Source of the DNA: Lytechinus pictus
Taxonomy: Eukaryota
Assembly: GCF_037042905.1 (NCBI RefSeq)
Contig: NC_087247.1
Location: 45,694,001-45,758,000 of the forward strand
DNA: 64,000 nucleotides
Direction: 5' to 3'
In this document: piece after piece, positions 13,450-26,515 of the stretch
Numbering within the stretch: the stretch's first letter is position 1
Layout of the letters: each line of letters begins with the position of its first letter
Notes under the pieces: generated by a model
What the model saw: the letters and a program-made list of their open reading frames with translations, nothing else
Databases searched by the model: none
Told to the model about the DNA's origin: nothing
Translations under genes and position numbers: made by a program

Positions 13450-15632
13450 TGCGATTGAGAAGCGCGAGCTGAAAGTTTTTGATGATTTTACCTTAAAAAA
13501 TGAACAGTTTACAGGGGCCGCGGAACGATTTGCAAAAAAAATAAAAATCAGATGGTAATTTTGTACACGGTTTTCTAAAAAAAAAAAGGGGGGGCTGAAG
13601 CCCGTCCAGCCCCCTCCCCCACCACCCCGATTCCGCAGCTCCTGGTTTAAGCACGATTTTGATAAAGAACAAAATATAGGGCTTATACGAGCGCGAAGCG
13701 CGAGCTAAGCTTTTATTTTGAGATTTAGACCTTGAAGCGGGACTTTGTTATCACTTTTGGTAATAAGATAGCGAGCGCAAAGCGCGAGCTGACATTTTTT
13801 AGATTAATAACTTAAGACAGGCGGAACATTCCATACACTTTTTGTAATCATGAAAATGATATGTATCTTCCTGAATATTATCATATGCTAATCTTAAACA
13901 AGTTTTTGAATTTATAACAATCTGTATAACTTGATAACCAATTAATACAGTAATTCGAGTGCAAAGTGAGAGCTGAAATTTCTGATAATTGATCCGATAG
14001 AGAACCTTTTAAGCACATTAAGACCCTAAAACACAACATCCTATTTACTATTGGTAATCATAAACATGATATGTATTTATTCGGGGTGCTGATGTAAATT
14101 TGAATAGAAAAAACGGTTTTCACAAACTGGAGATCAAGATTTAATTGGTCCCGAGACATTTGAAAAGCAAAAAAAAAAGTTTTCACTACAAAATGTGGGT
14201 AAAATTAGTAACGAGAAATTTGAAAAGCAAAAAAAGGGGGGTTCATTACAAAATGAAGGTCATTTTTAAATCATTTTTGCACATCTTCCAGAATACCTGG
14301 GGGTGCTGCCTATGGAGAATAATGCCACAGCACCCCCGCTTCCCAGGGTCATTATGTATATAAATCAAGAATTATAGCAAGCGCGAAGTTTTAGATATTT
14401 CGACCTGAAAAGGGGAAAGGTTTAAACAAGTTTTCGATAGGAACAAACAAACTATAAAAAAAAAATAATTAAAAAAAACACGTTGTTTAAGCCTGACACT
14501 CGAACAACAAGTTGTTAAAAATTTTTCGTAATATTCTAAACTTTTTAAACAAGTTGTTTAAAAAGTTTAACAATTACACAAAGTTTAAACAACTTGCTTA
14601 AAAGTTTAAACAGTAGTTGTTAGAATGACGGGCTTAAACAACGTGCTTAAAAATTTCAAACAGCGTTTTTACAGTTAAGTATGCAAGCCCGAGGCGTGAT
14701 CTGAGATTTTTTTTAATGTAGATCTTAAAAGGGACATTCTACGGTAATCACATTTGGCAATCACGAAGAGCTGAATTTTTTATAATATTTTGACATGAAA
14801 ACCTAGACAGTTTCAGCATGCTTTTATAAATAACAAAGTATACGAACGCGAAGCACGAGCTGAGAATTCTTTCAGATTTAAACCTTGAAACCGGAATTTC
14901 TAACCACTTTTGGTAATCATAAACATTATGTATATAGCGAGCGCTAAGCGCGAGCTGATATTTATTTAGATTAAGACCTTACAACGGAAATTCTATACAC
15001 TTTTTGTAATCATGAAATGACGAGTATCTTCCTAAATAAATGATGCGAGCGCAAAGCGCGAGCTGATTTTTTTAATTATTATTCCAATCTCAAACACGTT
15101 TTTAAATTTAAGTACAAACTGTGTATCTTAACAAACAATAAATATAAGCGCAAAGCGATAGATTAAATATTTTCCTTTAAGCACTTTTAAACATCTATCT
15201 AATTGTGAAAAAGACATATTTACATATCTTACTAAATGAATAATGCGAGCGAGAAGCGCGAGCTGAATTTTTTTTTTTTTTTTTTTTTTGGGGGGGGCAA
15301 AATAGACATATAAAGTGTAATATTCTCTGCAGTATTTAACAGGAAGCGTATGTGACTTAAGCGTGTATGATTATACTGATTTGGAAAGGGGACTGTTTGC
15401 TGTAATTCATGAAGAGAATCCGTATCTCACTAAATTTGCATGTCAAATAATGTGAGCGTGGAGCGCAAGCTGATTTTTTTTATATTCAGTACTTCTTGGT
15501 AATCATGAACAGAATGCAGACCTTTTTCAAACAAAATAATAAAAACTCGAATCTCGAGACATTTGAAGCTCGTTATCCTCGTGAGCAGATTATTTCCCTG
15601 AACACGGAATGCGAGCGCGAACCGCGAGCGAA
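13450..15632 (+). repeat. Degenerate array of about 12 GCGAGCGCGAAGCGCGAGCTGA-like units with AT-rich spacers and interspersed MITE fragments
   Basis: Motif copies near 13460, 13688, 13770, 13955, 14378, 14845, 14937, 15045, 15146, 15244, 15452, 15610; related copies at 52555-53000. Confidence 0.75.
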
Positions 15633-16164
15633 AGTTTTATTTTTATGTAATGACCCGATTTTTTTTTCATTTTCCAATTATTCCTTTTCCCTTATTTCAT
15701 TCACATTTTTCTTCTTGTCTTGCTCTAATTTTTCTCTTCTTCCGTTTTCCCCTTCCTTTTCTTCTTCGCGTAGTGCAAAACCCGCGGCGGTTGGGTCCAG
15801 GGAGCAAAGCCCCAGCAGCTCCACAATTCTGATATTCCAGTGGACATTTTGTACCAAAAAAAATATTTATTTGAAATCAACATTCTAACATTGTCAAGTT
15901 CATCTCATAAGAATAATATTTGTTGAAAGATATAAGATCCGGCAGCATGTGGGGAAAGCGGGGGGGGGGGGGGAGCGTTTTTTTCTTATAGATATAATGG
16001 AAAATTAGGGATTTTAGGAAAAAAGATGAGGAAATGCGAGCTAGCGCAGAAAGTGAGATTGAAAACTTAGGGGCAGTTTCAGATTCAAATTCTATTTTAT
16101 TCTAGCCTTTTCACTACTAAGTGTATTCGTCATATTTATTATAACATTGCATTATGAAGGGTAA

Positions 16165-16325
16165 NNNNNNNNNNNNNNNNNNNNNNNNNNNNNNNNNNNN
16201 NNNNNNNNNNNNNNNNNNNNNNNNNNNNNNNNNNNNNNNNNNNNNNNNNNNNNNNNNNNNNNNNNNNNNNNNNNNNNNNNNNNNNNNNNNNNNNNNNNNN
16301 NNNNNNNNNNNNNNNNNNNNNNNNN
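16165..16325. other. Assembly gap (161 N)
   Basis: Run of N, followed directly by an (AGT)n/(AAT)n microsatellite. Confidence 1.
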
Positions 16326-16420
16326 AGTAGAAGTAATAGTAGCAGTACTACATGTATAGTAGTAGTAGTAGTAGTATATAGTAGTAGTAATAATAATAAT
16401 AATAATGATAATAATAACAA
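16326..16420. repeat. (AGT)n/(AAT)n microsatellite
   Basis: agtagtagt...aataataat, seen directly. Confidence 0.9.
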
Positions 16421-16687
16421 TACTAAATAATAAAACTAACTTGAGTGTTGTGCGCGTTACAAGCAGCGCCTCATTATTATTATCAGTAAATGGTGATGAT
16501 TTTACATGATTGCTAAGAAAGCATGAATGCTTGTAAGTAAGCAATCAGAGGACCAATGACTAAATTTCCTCTTCGAGGGACCTGGTAATGAGGATTAATG
16601 CCTTACCAAAGGGCACTAGTGCACCAAGTGGGAATCGAACCCGGGTCACCGGAAACTCCCGCTCAACCGACTGAGCTGTCGCGCCCA
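16420..16687 (-). mobile_element. tRNA-derived SINE
   Basis: Minus strand reads GGGCGCGACAGCTCAGTCGGTTGAG (A box) ... GGTTCGATTCCC (B box) ... GTGCCCTTTGGTAAGGCATT, then an AT-rich tail. Confidence 0.75.
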
Positions 16688-16790
16688 GTAGTAGTTGTAG
16701 TATAGTATAATTATTATTATTATCATTATTATTATCATTATTATTATTAATATTAGTATTATTATTATCATCATCATCGTCATCATTATT
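16688..16790. repeat. (ATT)n/(ATC)n microsatellite
   Basis: Seen directly. Confidence 0.9.
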
Positions 16791-18479
16791 GTCCCCTTTG
16801 ACCCCCCCCCCCTTCCCGTTTCCACACCTTACGAGACGGCCGTGGGTCTTACACTCCGATCTACTACCGCTGTCAATTATATTCTCAATCGGAAACAGGG
16901 AGGGGATAATAGAGAGAAAGAGAATATTATATCTCCGAAGACAAAGGTGCACTTTGTGCGAACTGTTCGGTACAAGTGGGTCGTGTGCAACTCTAAATTA
17001 CACAAATGACGCGATTACACGGAGATCAACAGTCTTCGAATCATCTTCATGGATTGCCCGCTGTCAACCGCCTCTCAGCCAATCACGCCGCAGTATCAAT
17101 AAACGTCATGATACATTTGCTTAGCTCATTAGCATATCTGGAGGTAAAAAACACCTAGATTGGGCAGGGCTCATTTTCATAGCGATATTTCGGAGATGCC
17201 TGTTTTTCCGGTAAGATTGTATCTCATTCGTTTACAGGACATAAAAGCGCTTCATATTATAGTCCCCGCAGGTCAGGCGGAGGGATAAAATGCATTGCAC
17301 TTACCTATCAAGATCACGGACGTTGTTTATTCCTTCTTGAAAGAAAGAAAAAAGATCGGTCTTAAAAAAACACACGTTGTAATCATGGCTTCAGATGCTT
17401 ACTTGTTAATCGGAATAAGATTATTAAGTGGAATTCACAAAAATAGATGTACATTATGAACTATAATTACGTATAGGTACAAGACAGTCATCCTAATAAT
17501 CACTTTATTCATCTTCATCATCGTTGCCATCATCAGGCAATCAAAACATAGAACAATGACGTTTATGAAGCTCATCAATTAACTTTTGGTATTCATTACA
17601 TCATGCCAACAATCGTATTTACTACCACCGTTGTAGATCATCAGTCATACATCAGCAACATCACCACGTACTGCCATCTTTTTACCATGTGTGAAAACGC
17701 TTCTTTGTAATATTGAAACAACAAAAAATTAAGATTTTGTTATTCGACGCTTGCAGTCTGAGGGTTTAATTGCCTTTTGAATTTACAATCGATATTCTAA
17801 AACTTATAAATTGGACATACAAGAAGAAGATCAATTAATGATTTTAATTGGAAATACAAATTAAGTCAATTCAGCGAAAATGTGAGCTTTGTGTATAAAG
17901 ATTGTATCAGATATGCAGTAAGGATTATTAGGGTACAGGTATAGGTTGCAGTAATAGAGAAACAAGAAAACTTTAAAAGTTTTAATATGTGATATAAGTA
18001 TTTTTAAACATAAGAGGAAGGGATGATTGGCAAATAGCAAAAATGTCAGATCACTTACAAAACCAAAAATCCGCTTGCGCTTTCCCACACAGACTCTATA
18101 CAAACATGATATACATCCAGTATTGATTGGTGGATGGATTATCTTATTTCCGTGCAACAATTGAACGTACAACATAAAAAGAATTAATAATATTTCATGG
18201 TAAAATAATAATAGTCATTGTATGGGAGGCCAGTCATATACATTATTAGGCCTACATGGCACTTAAACTCAGCCAATCAACATCAGAGAAAGATGTCAGA
18301 TCTGACAACTTGTCGGATGAAAATGTTGATGAAACACTCCCCAGGTATAAATATTACAAAGTTACGCTCGCGTGTCGCGCTCGCATTTTTGTTTAACATT
18401 GATTTTTTTCTTTAAAAGACGCGTCTTTTTTTTTTCTTCAGTGCCATGTATATCATATTCACGATTACATAAGGGTTAA

Positions 18480-19041
18480 AAGACGAATCCACCCAAACAA
18501 AAAATTGACGTGAATAAAAAGAGAAAAATCAAATTATATAACACTGAAAATTTCATCAAAATCGGATGTAAAATAAGAAAGTTACATTTTCAAATTTCGC
18601 TTAATTTCACAAAACAGTTATATGCACATAATGGGACTGATAACGTCACCCACTCACTATTTCTTTTGTATTTTATTATATGACATATGAAATATTCTAA
18701 TTTTCTCCCCATTGTCCTTTGAAACAAAGTTTAATTTTAAATGTGGTATCACCATTGTTTTAATATTTTATGGTCAGTCAAGTTGGTCAATGTTTAAATT
18801 GAAATAATGTGTAATTCAAACAATAAAAACAAAGGAAATAGTGAGTGAGGGAGATTATTGACTCTCTCATTTGCATTCCGACCAGGATGTGCATATAACT
18901 GTTATGTGAAAAATAAGCAAAACTTTAACATGTCATAACTTTCTTATTTCACATCCGCTTTTGATGAAATTTTCAGTGTTATGCTTGTTTGATATTTCTC
19001 TATTGATTCAAATCAACATTTTTCTGGGGTGGACTTGACCT
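18480..19041. mobile_element. Kolobok-like MITE (AGGTCAAGTCCACCC family)
   Basis: ttaa|AAGACGAATCCACCC ... GGGGTGGACTTGACCT|ttaa; inverted arms; homologous to 46328-46912 and 47211-47430. Confidence 0.8.
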
Positions 19042-22000
19042 TTAAAATGTCCTTTCCAATTTTCCAGGTAAGTATATAAAATCATTTCAGTTCGCGCTTA
19101 TCACTATAACACTGTCATCATCTTCAGCATCATTATTAATATCATGATCAGCATCACCATCACCATGCGCGGTCATGCACCATTTTATCATGAGCACATC
19201 ACCTTTATCACTACTAATATCTATGCAGGATCTTAATCATCAGATCAAATTACCATCGTTCTCATCATTGCTGTCAACGTCTGGTCATAGTCATTTCTAT
19301 TATGATCATCATTGTCCGATTTTGAAAATTTTCGGAATGTTCTGAAATATATTTTGTGCCCCAATTTGACCTTAATTGACCTTTGCATGACTTACACATG
19401 TTTTGCATGTTTTGAGTGCCTGGCGATCAATATATTTGCATTGAAAATAGCTATAATTTTGATACCAAACATGATATGTTTATTTTGTAAAATAGAAATA
19501 TTATATTTCGGAGGAACATGAAAAATGGGCCTGGCTTATAACGTCACCCTTCGGATTTTCTTTTAAGTAGATACCCTATACTTCCGCTATGAGAGAAAAA
19601 AATATGCATACCAACTTGACGGTCAATTTATTTATTTATTTATTCATTCAATTATTTATTTATTTATCTATTTATTTATTCATCTATTTTTTTTTGGGGG
19701 GGAGGGGCTAAGAAAAATATAATGTAGGTAATATTTATATGAATGATATTGGCTATCATAATGTGGTATAATTATGTCTACATGTACATTATTATGTTGC
19801 ATTCATCTTACAAATATCGCATGAGTCATGGATCACACGCAGAGGAATGCAATATAAATGAGAACTGTATGCCTTGTATCTAATATAGTTTACCAATAAA
19901 GAAAATAAGAACCAAGTTCATTATATGGTGTATCCCTTACTGAAAGATAAAAAGAGAATTGAAGATTTATCATATCTTAATGAATGATACATCTTTGTAT
20001 CTTTATTAATCTATCTATTTTGGCGCTTAGTGGAGTAATGCTCTCAATTTTCCGAATTTTACGATGTCAAAACCAAATACAAGAGAGAATGAACAAAGAC
20101 AATTTGAAATGAAAGAAAACAGAGCTCATGTTTTGAGCAAGTTATCACTCAGCACCATTTTTAAGTATCGTGGTATCAAACAAACATCGTTTGTTCATTT
20201 ATATACTGTATTTATTATCTTTCTAGCATTCTTATTTTCCAAATGATTTCAATTTTTTCATCGTGATCCAACGTATCAGAATTGCTTTAAAATCACAAAC
20301 ACCGCTTGTCCATATATTTTTAGTATATTTCAAAACATAACATGATCATGATGATCCGACTTGTTGTTGAAAACATCCATTATGACATTAAAGTTTCTCA
20401 TTGGTGGCAAAACAGTATTTAGTGTGTCATCATTTAAGATTCAAAATGACACTTCAATTACACGAATAGTCAACTTTCCCTGTTATAGAACAATGTAAAG
20501 CAGTAGGAAAAATAAAAACCACATCGCAAGATTATCATGTTTTGTAATATCGATATTTGGGGACTGAATAAAGAGGTTTGCATGGCCCTGGGAAGCGGGA
20601 GTGCTGCGTATGTTTTTTACCATAGGCAGCATCCCCTAGAAAAAAAAGGTGACAAGCACACACAAAAAGGTCATTGCTCCAAAACCACGGATATATGGGA
20701 GCAATAATCTGGTTTTTTTTTTCCCCTTTAGTTGATTACTTTGCCTTCTGAATTTTATTTCAATTAACTAAAATTATTCCATATCGGCTGTGGATCGTGA
20801 CCAGTTAAATCACGAATTTGGTATGGAAGATTTGTGTTAAAATCATTTGAAATTTCGTTATATGTTAATGATTTAAAAATCCCTGTTATTTTGTATTGCT
20901 TTTTTTTCTTTTTCAAGGAAGGGAAAGTGAAATTGAAGTGATGTGATAATAAAAAAAGCTTCAACAAAAAATCAGTACTGAAAAGAAGAGTAGGAAGAGG
21001 AACTTGAAGTAGAATTATAATAAGATGGGCCAAAAGAAAATGAAAGAAAATTACAAAGGATTAATTAAATCTTATAATGTAAGTTCCCCTCCCCTGAAAA
21101 CGGAGGAGATAGAACCTCAGAAGTTTCTAATTAATATCCATTGACCACAGGCATGCATTTGTAATCATTCAGATAATAAATCTATGAATATTTCTTGTTT
21201 TGACGGCGTGATGTTATTCAGAGCCGGTATTTCGCGAAGACTGCGAGAGGTATGGCTCTGACATTGGTTCCGACTCAGAGCAAGACTTAAGGTATATATA
21301 GCGTCACCTATAGTTTGTTCTGATTCACAACACCTCACGATGGTAAAAAAAATCAATATAAAAGATTTGTTCATTAAACATTTATGTAACCGATTATTCA
21401 ACATTTCATTGATTAATATTATCTGTAAATGTAACAGAATTTACAAAGTACTATCAAGCGCTGATATTCTTGTTAAAGTAATGCAAATGAAAAGCACGTT
21501 TGTCTAACATTTATTTTGAAAGCAGACAGCCCGAAGCAAATTCAGACAAGCAAATGAAACGGGTAAAACTTTCTCCTTTACGGGGACCTATTAACGCTTA
21601 TCAGTTTGGGACAAAATATAATTGAAATCTAAAAAAAATGTTTTCCAAAATATGTTTCTTATGAAGTTTTGGTAATTTATTTATTGGCATATACACTTAT
21701 AAATCCTGTAAAAGTGAATCCAACTCGATTAAATATTTAAAACATTTATGATGTGGAGGATATAAAAGAATGTGCTTTAAGATTTTACATTAAACATTTT
21801 ATCATCGGGTGTTTGATATTGATAAGATATGTGCATATTGTCTCTTCTTTTTTTTCCATATATGAAACTACTTCAGAATCATGGAATGGGCAAAAAAAAT
21901 CCATAGAAACTCTGTCTGTAGTTTTCCATTATCCAATCACTTATCATCACTACAAATGTAAGATAATTAAGTGCTCAAATGCGCTTAATAATGAAAAATT

Positions 22001-22052
22001 GGGAATATGACCAGTGCAGCCATTACAGTGTGACTCTAATTGTCTATAATGT

Positions 22053-22374
22053 GGAGGAGCCGTGGCGTAGTGGTTCTGACTCTCGCCTTGTAAACAGAGG
22101 GTCATGTGTTCGAATCCCACTGCCGTCTGGCGTCCTTCGGTAAGGCGTTATTCCACACTTTGCTAATCTTGACCCAGGTGCTAAATAGGTACCCAGTACT
22201 GTGTGCGTCTCACCGGCGACTGACTGGAATACTCCCTAGGGAGTGGAGGATGTGCACACATTGTGTGCGGGAATGAGTGATTGAATCCCATGACCGGGTA
22301 ATAACATATCTGTAAAGCTCTTAGACACGTCGTTCCGATGTATTAAGCGCTATATAAAAGCAGATTATTATTAT
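22053..22374 (+). mobile_element. tRNA-derived SINE, full length
   Basis: TGGCGTAGTGG A box, GTTCGAATCC B box, gacccaggtg...ggtaccc core, (ATT)n tail. Confidence 0.85.
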
Positions 22375-22865
22375 AAACATTGAATTCAGTTGAAGTAAAT
22401 TGAAAGTTTTGACATGCAAAGAAAATTCTCAGCAAAACTAACTGCCCCCCTTAAAAAGGGAAAAGGCATCACTCACACAAATGGTGTTTATCTGCTAACA
22501 AAATATCTGACAATCCAATTATCTTTCCTGTAAAGACATTTCATTAGAGAAGTGGAGGGGGGTTGGACATGTGCCTTCTATAAGTAATCTCAATCTCCAC
22601 CTAAATATCTTTGAACTTTTCACTCCCCCACCTACTCCCCAATTGCCTTGTATTTTTTCTTTCCCCATACCTATATTTCTAACACCACTCTCTCACCTGT
22701 TATGTACTCTTTATATCCTGGTTTGCCTCTTCCCCCCTCTCTCAACACTGTAAATTATTAAACAATGTTGTATTGACAGAAGTTCTTGTGGCTATAAATA
22801 CTGGTTCAACTTCATATCAATTTGCCACATAATAACAATGATGATGACGACGACAATGATGATAA

Positions 22866-23815
22866 TAATAATAATAAAGCAATATTGACTGGCCTCGGGG
22901 CGATACGACATATATCACCCAAACTAGATTTATATCGCCCGGGTCGTAGACGAGGGTGTGCAGTATCCAGCATTGTCTCAACTTGATTAACATTGTGACG
23001 TATAGCACTGCACGGTTCAAGGACGCGTAAAAAAACCCGCGTAGAATACCCGGATGTTGGCTTTGTCTTATTGACCGCTACATTTCCATATATTTTCTCA
23101 TTGACTTTCCTGAGCTGGCAATAAATTGGGTCCATGGATAAACAATTGTAAACTTATTGACCGACCGTTTGATCACAGTCATAAGCAGGCAATAATGTAT
23201 TAAAGTTGCCCTGTTCAGATGTCTGATATGGTTAATAATAAAGCAATATTGACTGGCCTCGGGGCGATACGACATATATCGCCCAAACTAGATTTATATC
23301 GGCCGAGTCGTAGACGAGGGTGGTATCAATTTAGTGAGGGCGATATATGTCCTTTCGCCCCCAGGCCAGTCAATATTGCTATTATTAACCAAATCAGACA
23401 TCTAGAGCAAAAATCGTTAAAATTTAGATATTTTAAATTTTTAGAATGAGAATCTAGTTTATCATGTTGAGCAGACTGGGCCTCTGAACTTTACCATCGT
23501 GACGTAATTGAAATGACGCGTCCCTGGCCTAGGGACGCAGTATCCAGCGTTGTCTCAACTTGATTACCATTATGACGTATAGCACTGCGCGGTTCAAGGA
23601 CGCGTGCAAAAACGCGTAGAATACCCGGATATTAGCGCTGCCTTTTATTGCCCGCTACATTTCCACGCATTTTCTCATTGACTTTCCTGAGCGGGCAATA
23701 AATTGGGCCCGTGGATAAACAATTGGAATTTTATTGACCGGCCATTTGATCCCAGTCTTAAGCAGGCAACAATGTTTTAAAGTTGCCCTGCTCAGATGTC
23801 TGATACGGTTAATAA
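22866..23815. mobile_element. Head-to-tail tandem pair of a hairpin-rich non-autonomous element (possibly Crypton-like)
   Basis: Copy A (about 22866-23232) and copy B (about 23232-23815) share the start aataataaagcaatattgactggcctcggggcgatac and the end cagatgtctgataYggttaataata; 23231-23389 folds as a long hairpin. Confidence 0.7.
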
Positions 23816-24122
23816 TAATAAATAACATCATATTTTACCCAGGGCAGTCACTTCAGTTCCGAAAAACTGTTCTCCCATCAGGCCCTGCTTAACATGATTA
23901 TGTTATTATTACCATGCAGGGCTTTAGCACAGCTACCTTGATCACGCACTCGAGCATTTGAGGAACTTCTTCCTATACTGGGTACCCATTCACCTCACCT
24001 GGGTCGAGTGCAGCACAATGTGGGTAAATGTCTTACTGAAGGAAAACACGCCATGGCTTGGAAACGAACCCACATCCCTCAGATTGAAAGACAAGTCATA
24101 ACCACTAGACCACAATGCCCCC
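23812..24122 (-). mobile_element. tRNA-derived SINE
   Basis: Minus strand GGGGCATTGTGGTCTAGTGGTT ... GGTTCGTTTCC ... gctgcactcgacccaggtgaggtgaatgggtaccc; same core as the 62103 copy. Confidence 0.8.
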
Positions 24123-25776
24123 ACATGCATTTAAGTACTGACCCACATTTTCTATACTTGGTCAGTATATCACGATATAGTGTTTATTATTTTACAATTT
24201 TTTTAATCACACTCAATGTTCATTAAGAAAAGAACATGATGATATATCACATTAAATCAAAATAAAGATTTATTTCTGTATTTTCTTATCAGTATCTGAC
24301 ATATCACATGGTATGTTGAATATAAAAGTAAATATTAGCATTTGATATAAAAACTAAAATGCAAGAATATCAACAGCACCGAATGAATAAAAAAAATCAC
24401 TAACAAATGCAAGAACAGGCAACCATAACAGTTAAATGTAGACAATACAGAAGTCTGTACTCTAACAAACACAGATAGAAAGTTAGATAAATGAATTACA
24501 GAAATAAATAAGTCTGAAAATAATTTATGGAATATTTATAATGATAGTGTCTCATTGCACGGTTCAAACATTGGTAACAGGACTCCTTGTTCTTTGCTGT
24601 AGTTTGTTGGATATTTGTAATGCATAGGCCTCAGTGAGACACCCTAATTCCTAAACCTATCCTTCCAAGACCCATAGGTGACAACAAAAATACATAATGA
24701 ATTATCAAACTACTCTGTATGATTTTACTAATAACAAGGCCAATACCCTGTAACATATAGGATATATAATCAATTCAAATATTTCAATAATTGATGTCAA
24801 TGGTAAAAGATGTAATACAGGTAGACTTAGATTGATCATACCTCTTTACATTACAAGGACAATGTAATAAAGTTGTTAATCAACTGAATGATCGCCACTT
24901 ATGCTACCTATCTATAATACAAAATAAATGCATGAATGATTGCACAAGAAACTTTACATTTTGAGTTTAGAATTTTCAAGAAGGCATGGTTCAATTAATT
25001 TGTACAATATCATTTAAAATATGTAACATAAATGAGTGGGATTTTAACAAGAGTTTGATAACAGAAGAGTTTGCTTAGTACAACTATGTCCAGCATCAGA
25101 GCTGTATAAATAACAATGATAAAAACATACATATATATATACAATCAATTACATTGAACAATGACATTAATGACAGAGATGGAAAGAATAATTGCAATAA
25201 AACACTGGATCATCAGCTAAAGAAGGCACATTATGTCAAGGTTTGTTTGACTAACTCACATTCAGGTCACATACATTGTATGAATACCATAGAACAAGTA
25301 CTGAAAACACCAAAGCAATTTTTTGACATTTTGGGGAGTCAACATTTATAGTTTCAGAGCAAATGAAAACTAAGTAACAGATTATGATAACAAACAAAAA
25401 TATCTGAAAAGGTTCTGAGTAGGTCTCTGAGTCATACAACTATACTAAGCACTTTAATACATCTATTAAGTTTGAATTGTTTTTCAAAGCACTTGACATA
25501 ATTTAATTAATTGCTTTGTATTAGTTTTAGCTGATTTAACCAACTAATTTATGTTTTCCCACACTCTCAAGCCTCACCTCCAGAAAACAATCTAAAACCC
25601 AAGAGCTTGTAGGTCAAGTGACTATACGTTATCACAGGAAATCTGCAAACTCTATAATTCACGCACTGTGTGCGAAAGTTTTGAAATATTGATCCTAGTA
25701 TATTTTAGTACTGTAATGCAGTAAGATAGCGATTGTTGAGGGATTTAAGTTATTATTAAAAAAAAAAAATACCAAG

Positions 25777-25955
25777 ATGCCAGCAAGATGCATCGCTGGG
25801 AGTTAAAGTAATGCTACCCAAAATGGTATATTAAAAGCATTTGTATGTTTCCGAAAGAACCAAATTTGAGGAGAATATGGAGTTTGAAAGTAAAGTTGAC
25901 AAAAGCAAATTGGAGCAGTTGGAGCTATTTTAAGCCATAACCACTTCAAGGATGA
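25777..25955 (+). pseudogene. Decayed THAP zinc-finger coding fragment (transposon-derived)
   Basis: MPARCIAGS*SN, frameshift, FPKEPNLRRIWSLKVKLTKANW ... HF; matches the THAP pattern M-x-x-x-C...FP...R..W...W...HF but has stops and frameshifts. Confidence 0.65.
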
Positions 25956-26127
25956 ATAGCTTGCATGTGGCGTTCGGCATTAAGAGGACCTGACGGATAA
26001 AGACCAATGCTGAGTCAAAAAGTAGGAGTGGGTCATCAAATGAAAGAAAAAGGAGTGTGACTCTGACAGCAGTCACAAAAATAAAGAAAATGAAGATGAG
26101 CTGATTTTGAAATCATCTTGTTTCTTG

Positions 26128-26515
26128 TTTTGATTTCATTATAATTTTGAAGAAAAGGATATCAATCATGTTAGTTTTGGTTTACTGGGTTGAAACGAAT
26201 GAGATAACTGTGACATCCAGTGAGTTTGTTACCAACAAAAAAATTGTTGGTGGACCCAAATCTCAAGGGGCGAGGCATGCTGCACATATCACTCGCTGAC
26301 CGTTGACAGCTTCATCCAATATCTACACATGTTAGAATGTGTTTAAAATGATCTTACTGCACTTTGATCTTCATGAATTGATTTTATCATAATTTAAAGG
26401 AGAGGATATCAATCATGCTGAATTTGGTTCACTGGGTTGAAACGAATGAGATAACTGTGACATCCAGCGAGTCTGCGACCAACAAAAAGAGTTGATGGAC
26501 TCGAAACTCAAGGGG
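26128..26515 (+). repeat. Direct repeat of about 140 bp, copies about 250 bp apart
   Basis: ggatatcaatcatg ... actgggttgaaacgaatgagataactgtgacatccag ... ctcaaggggc occurs twice. Confidence 0.85.

Noticed and set aside
13450-15632. CRISPR array
   Set aside because: Eukaryotic context, degenerate repeats, spacers of irregular length that resemble each other, and no cas genes
16139-16952. Low-complexity ORFs of 93-130 aa
   Set aside because: Artefacts of the N gap, microsatellites and a SINE
22053-22130. Functional tRNA genes (also 62103, 24122, 36327, 16687)
   Set aside because: A and B boxes are present, but there is no proper cloverleaf and each continues into a SINE core and (ATT)n tail
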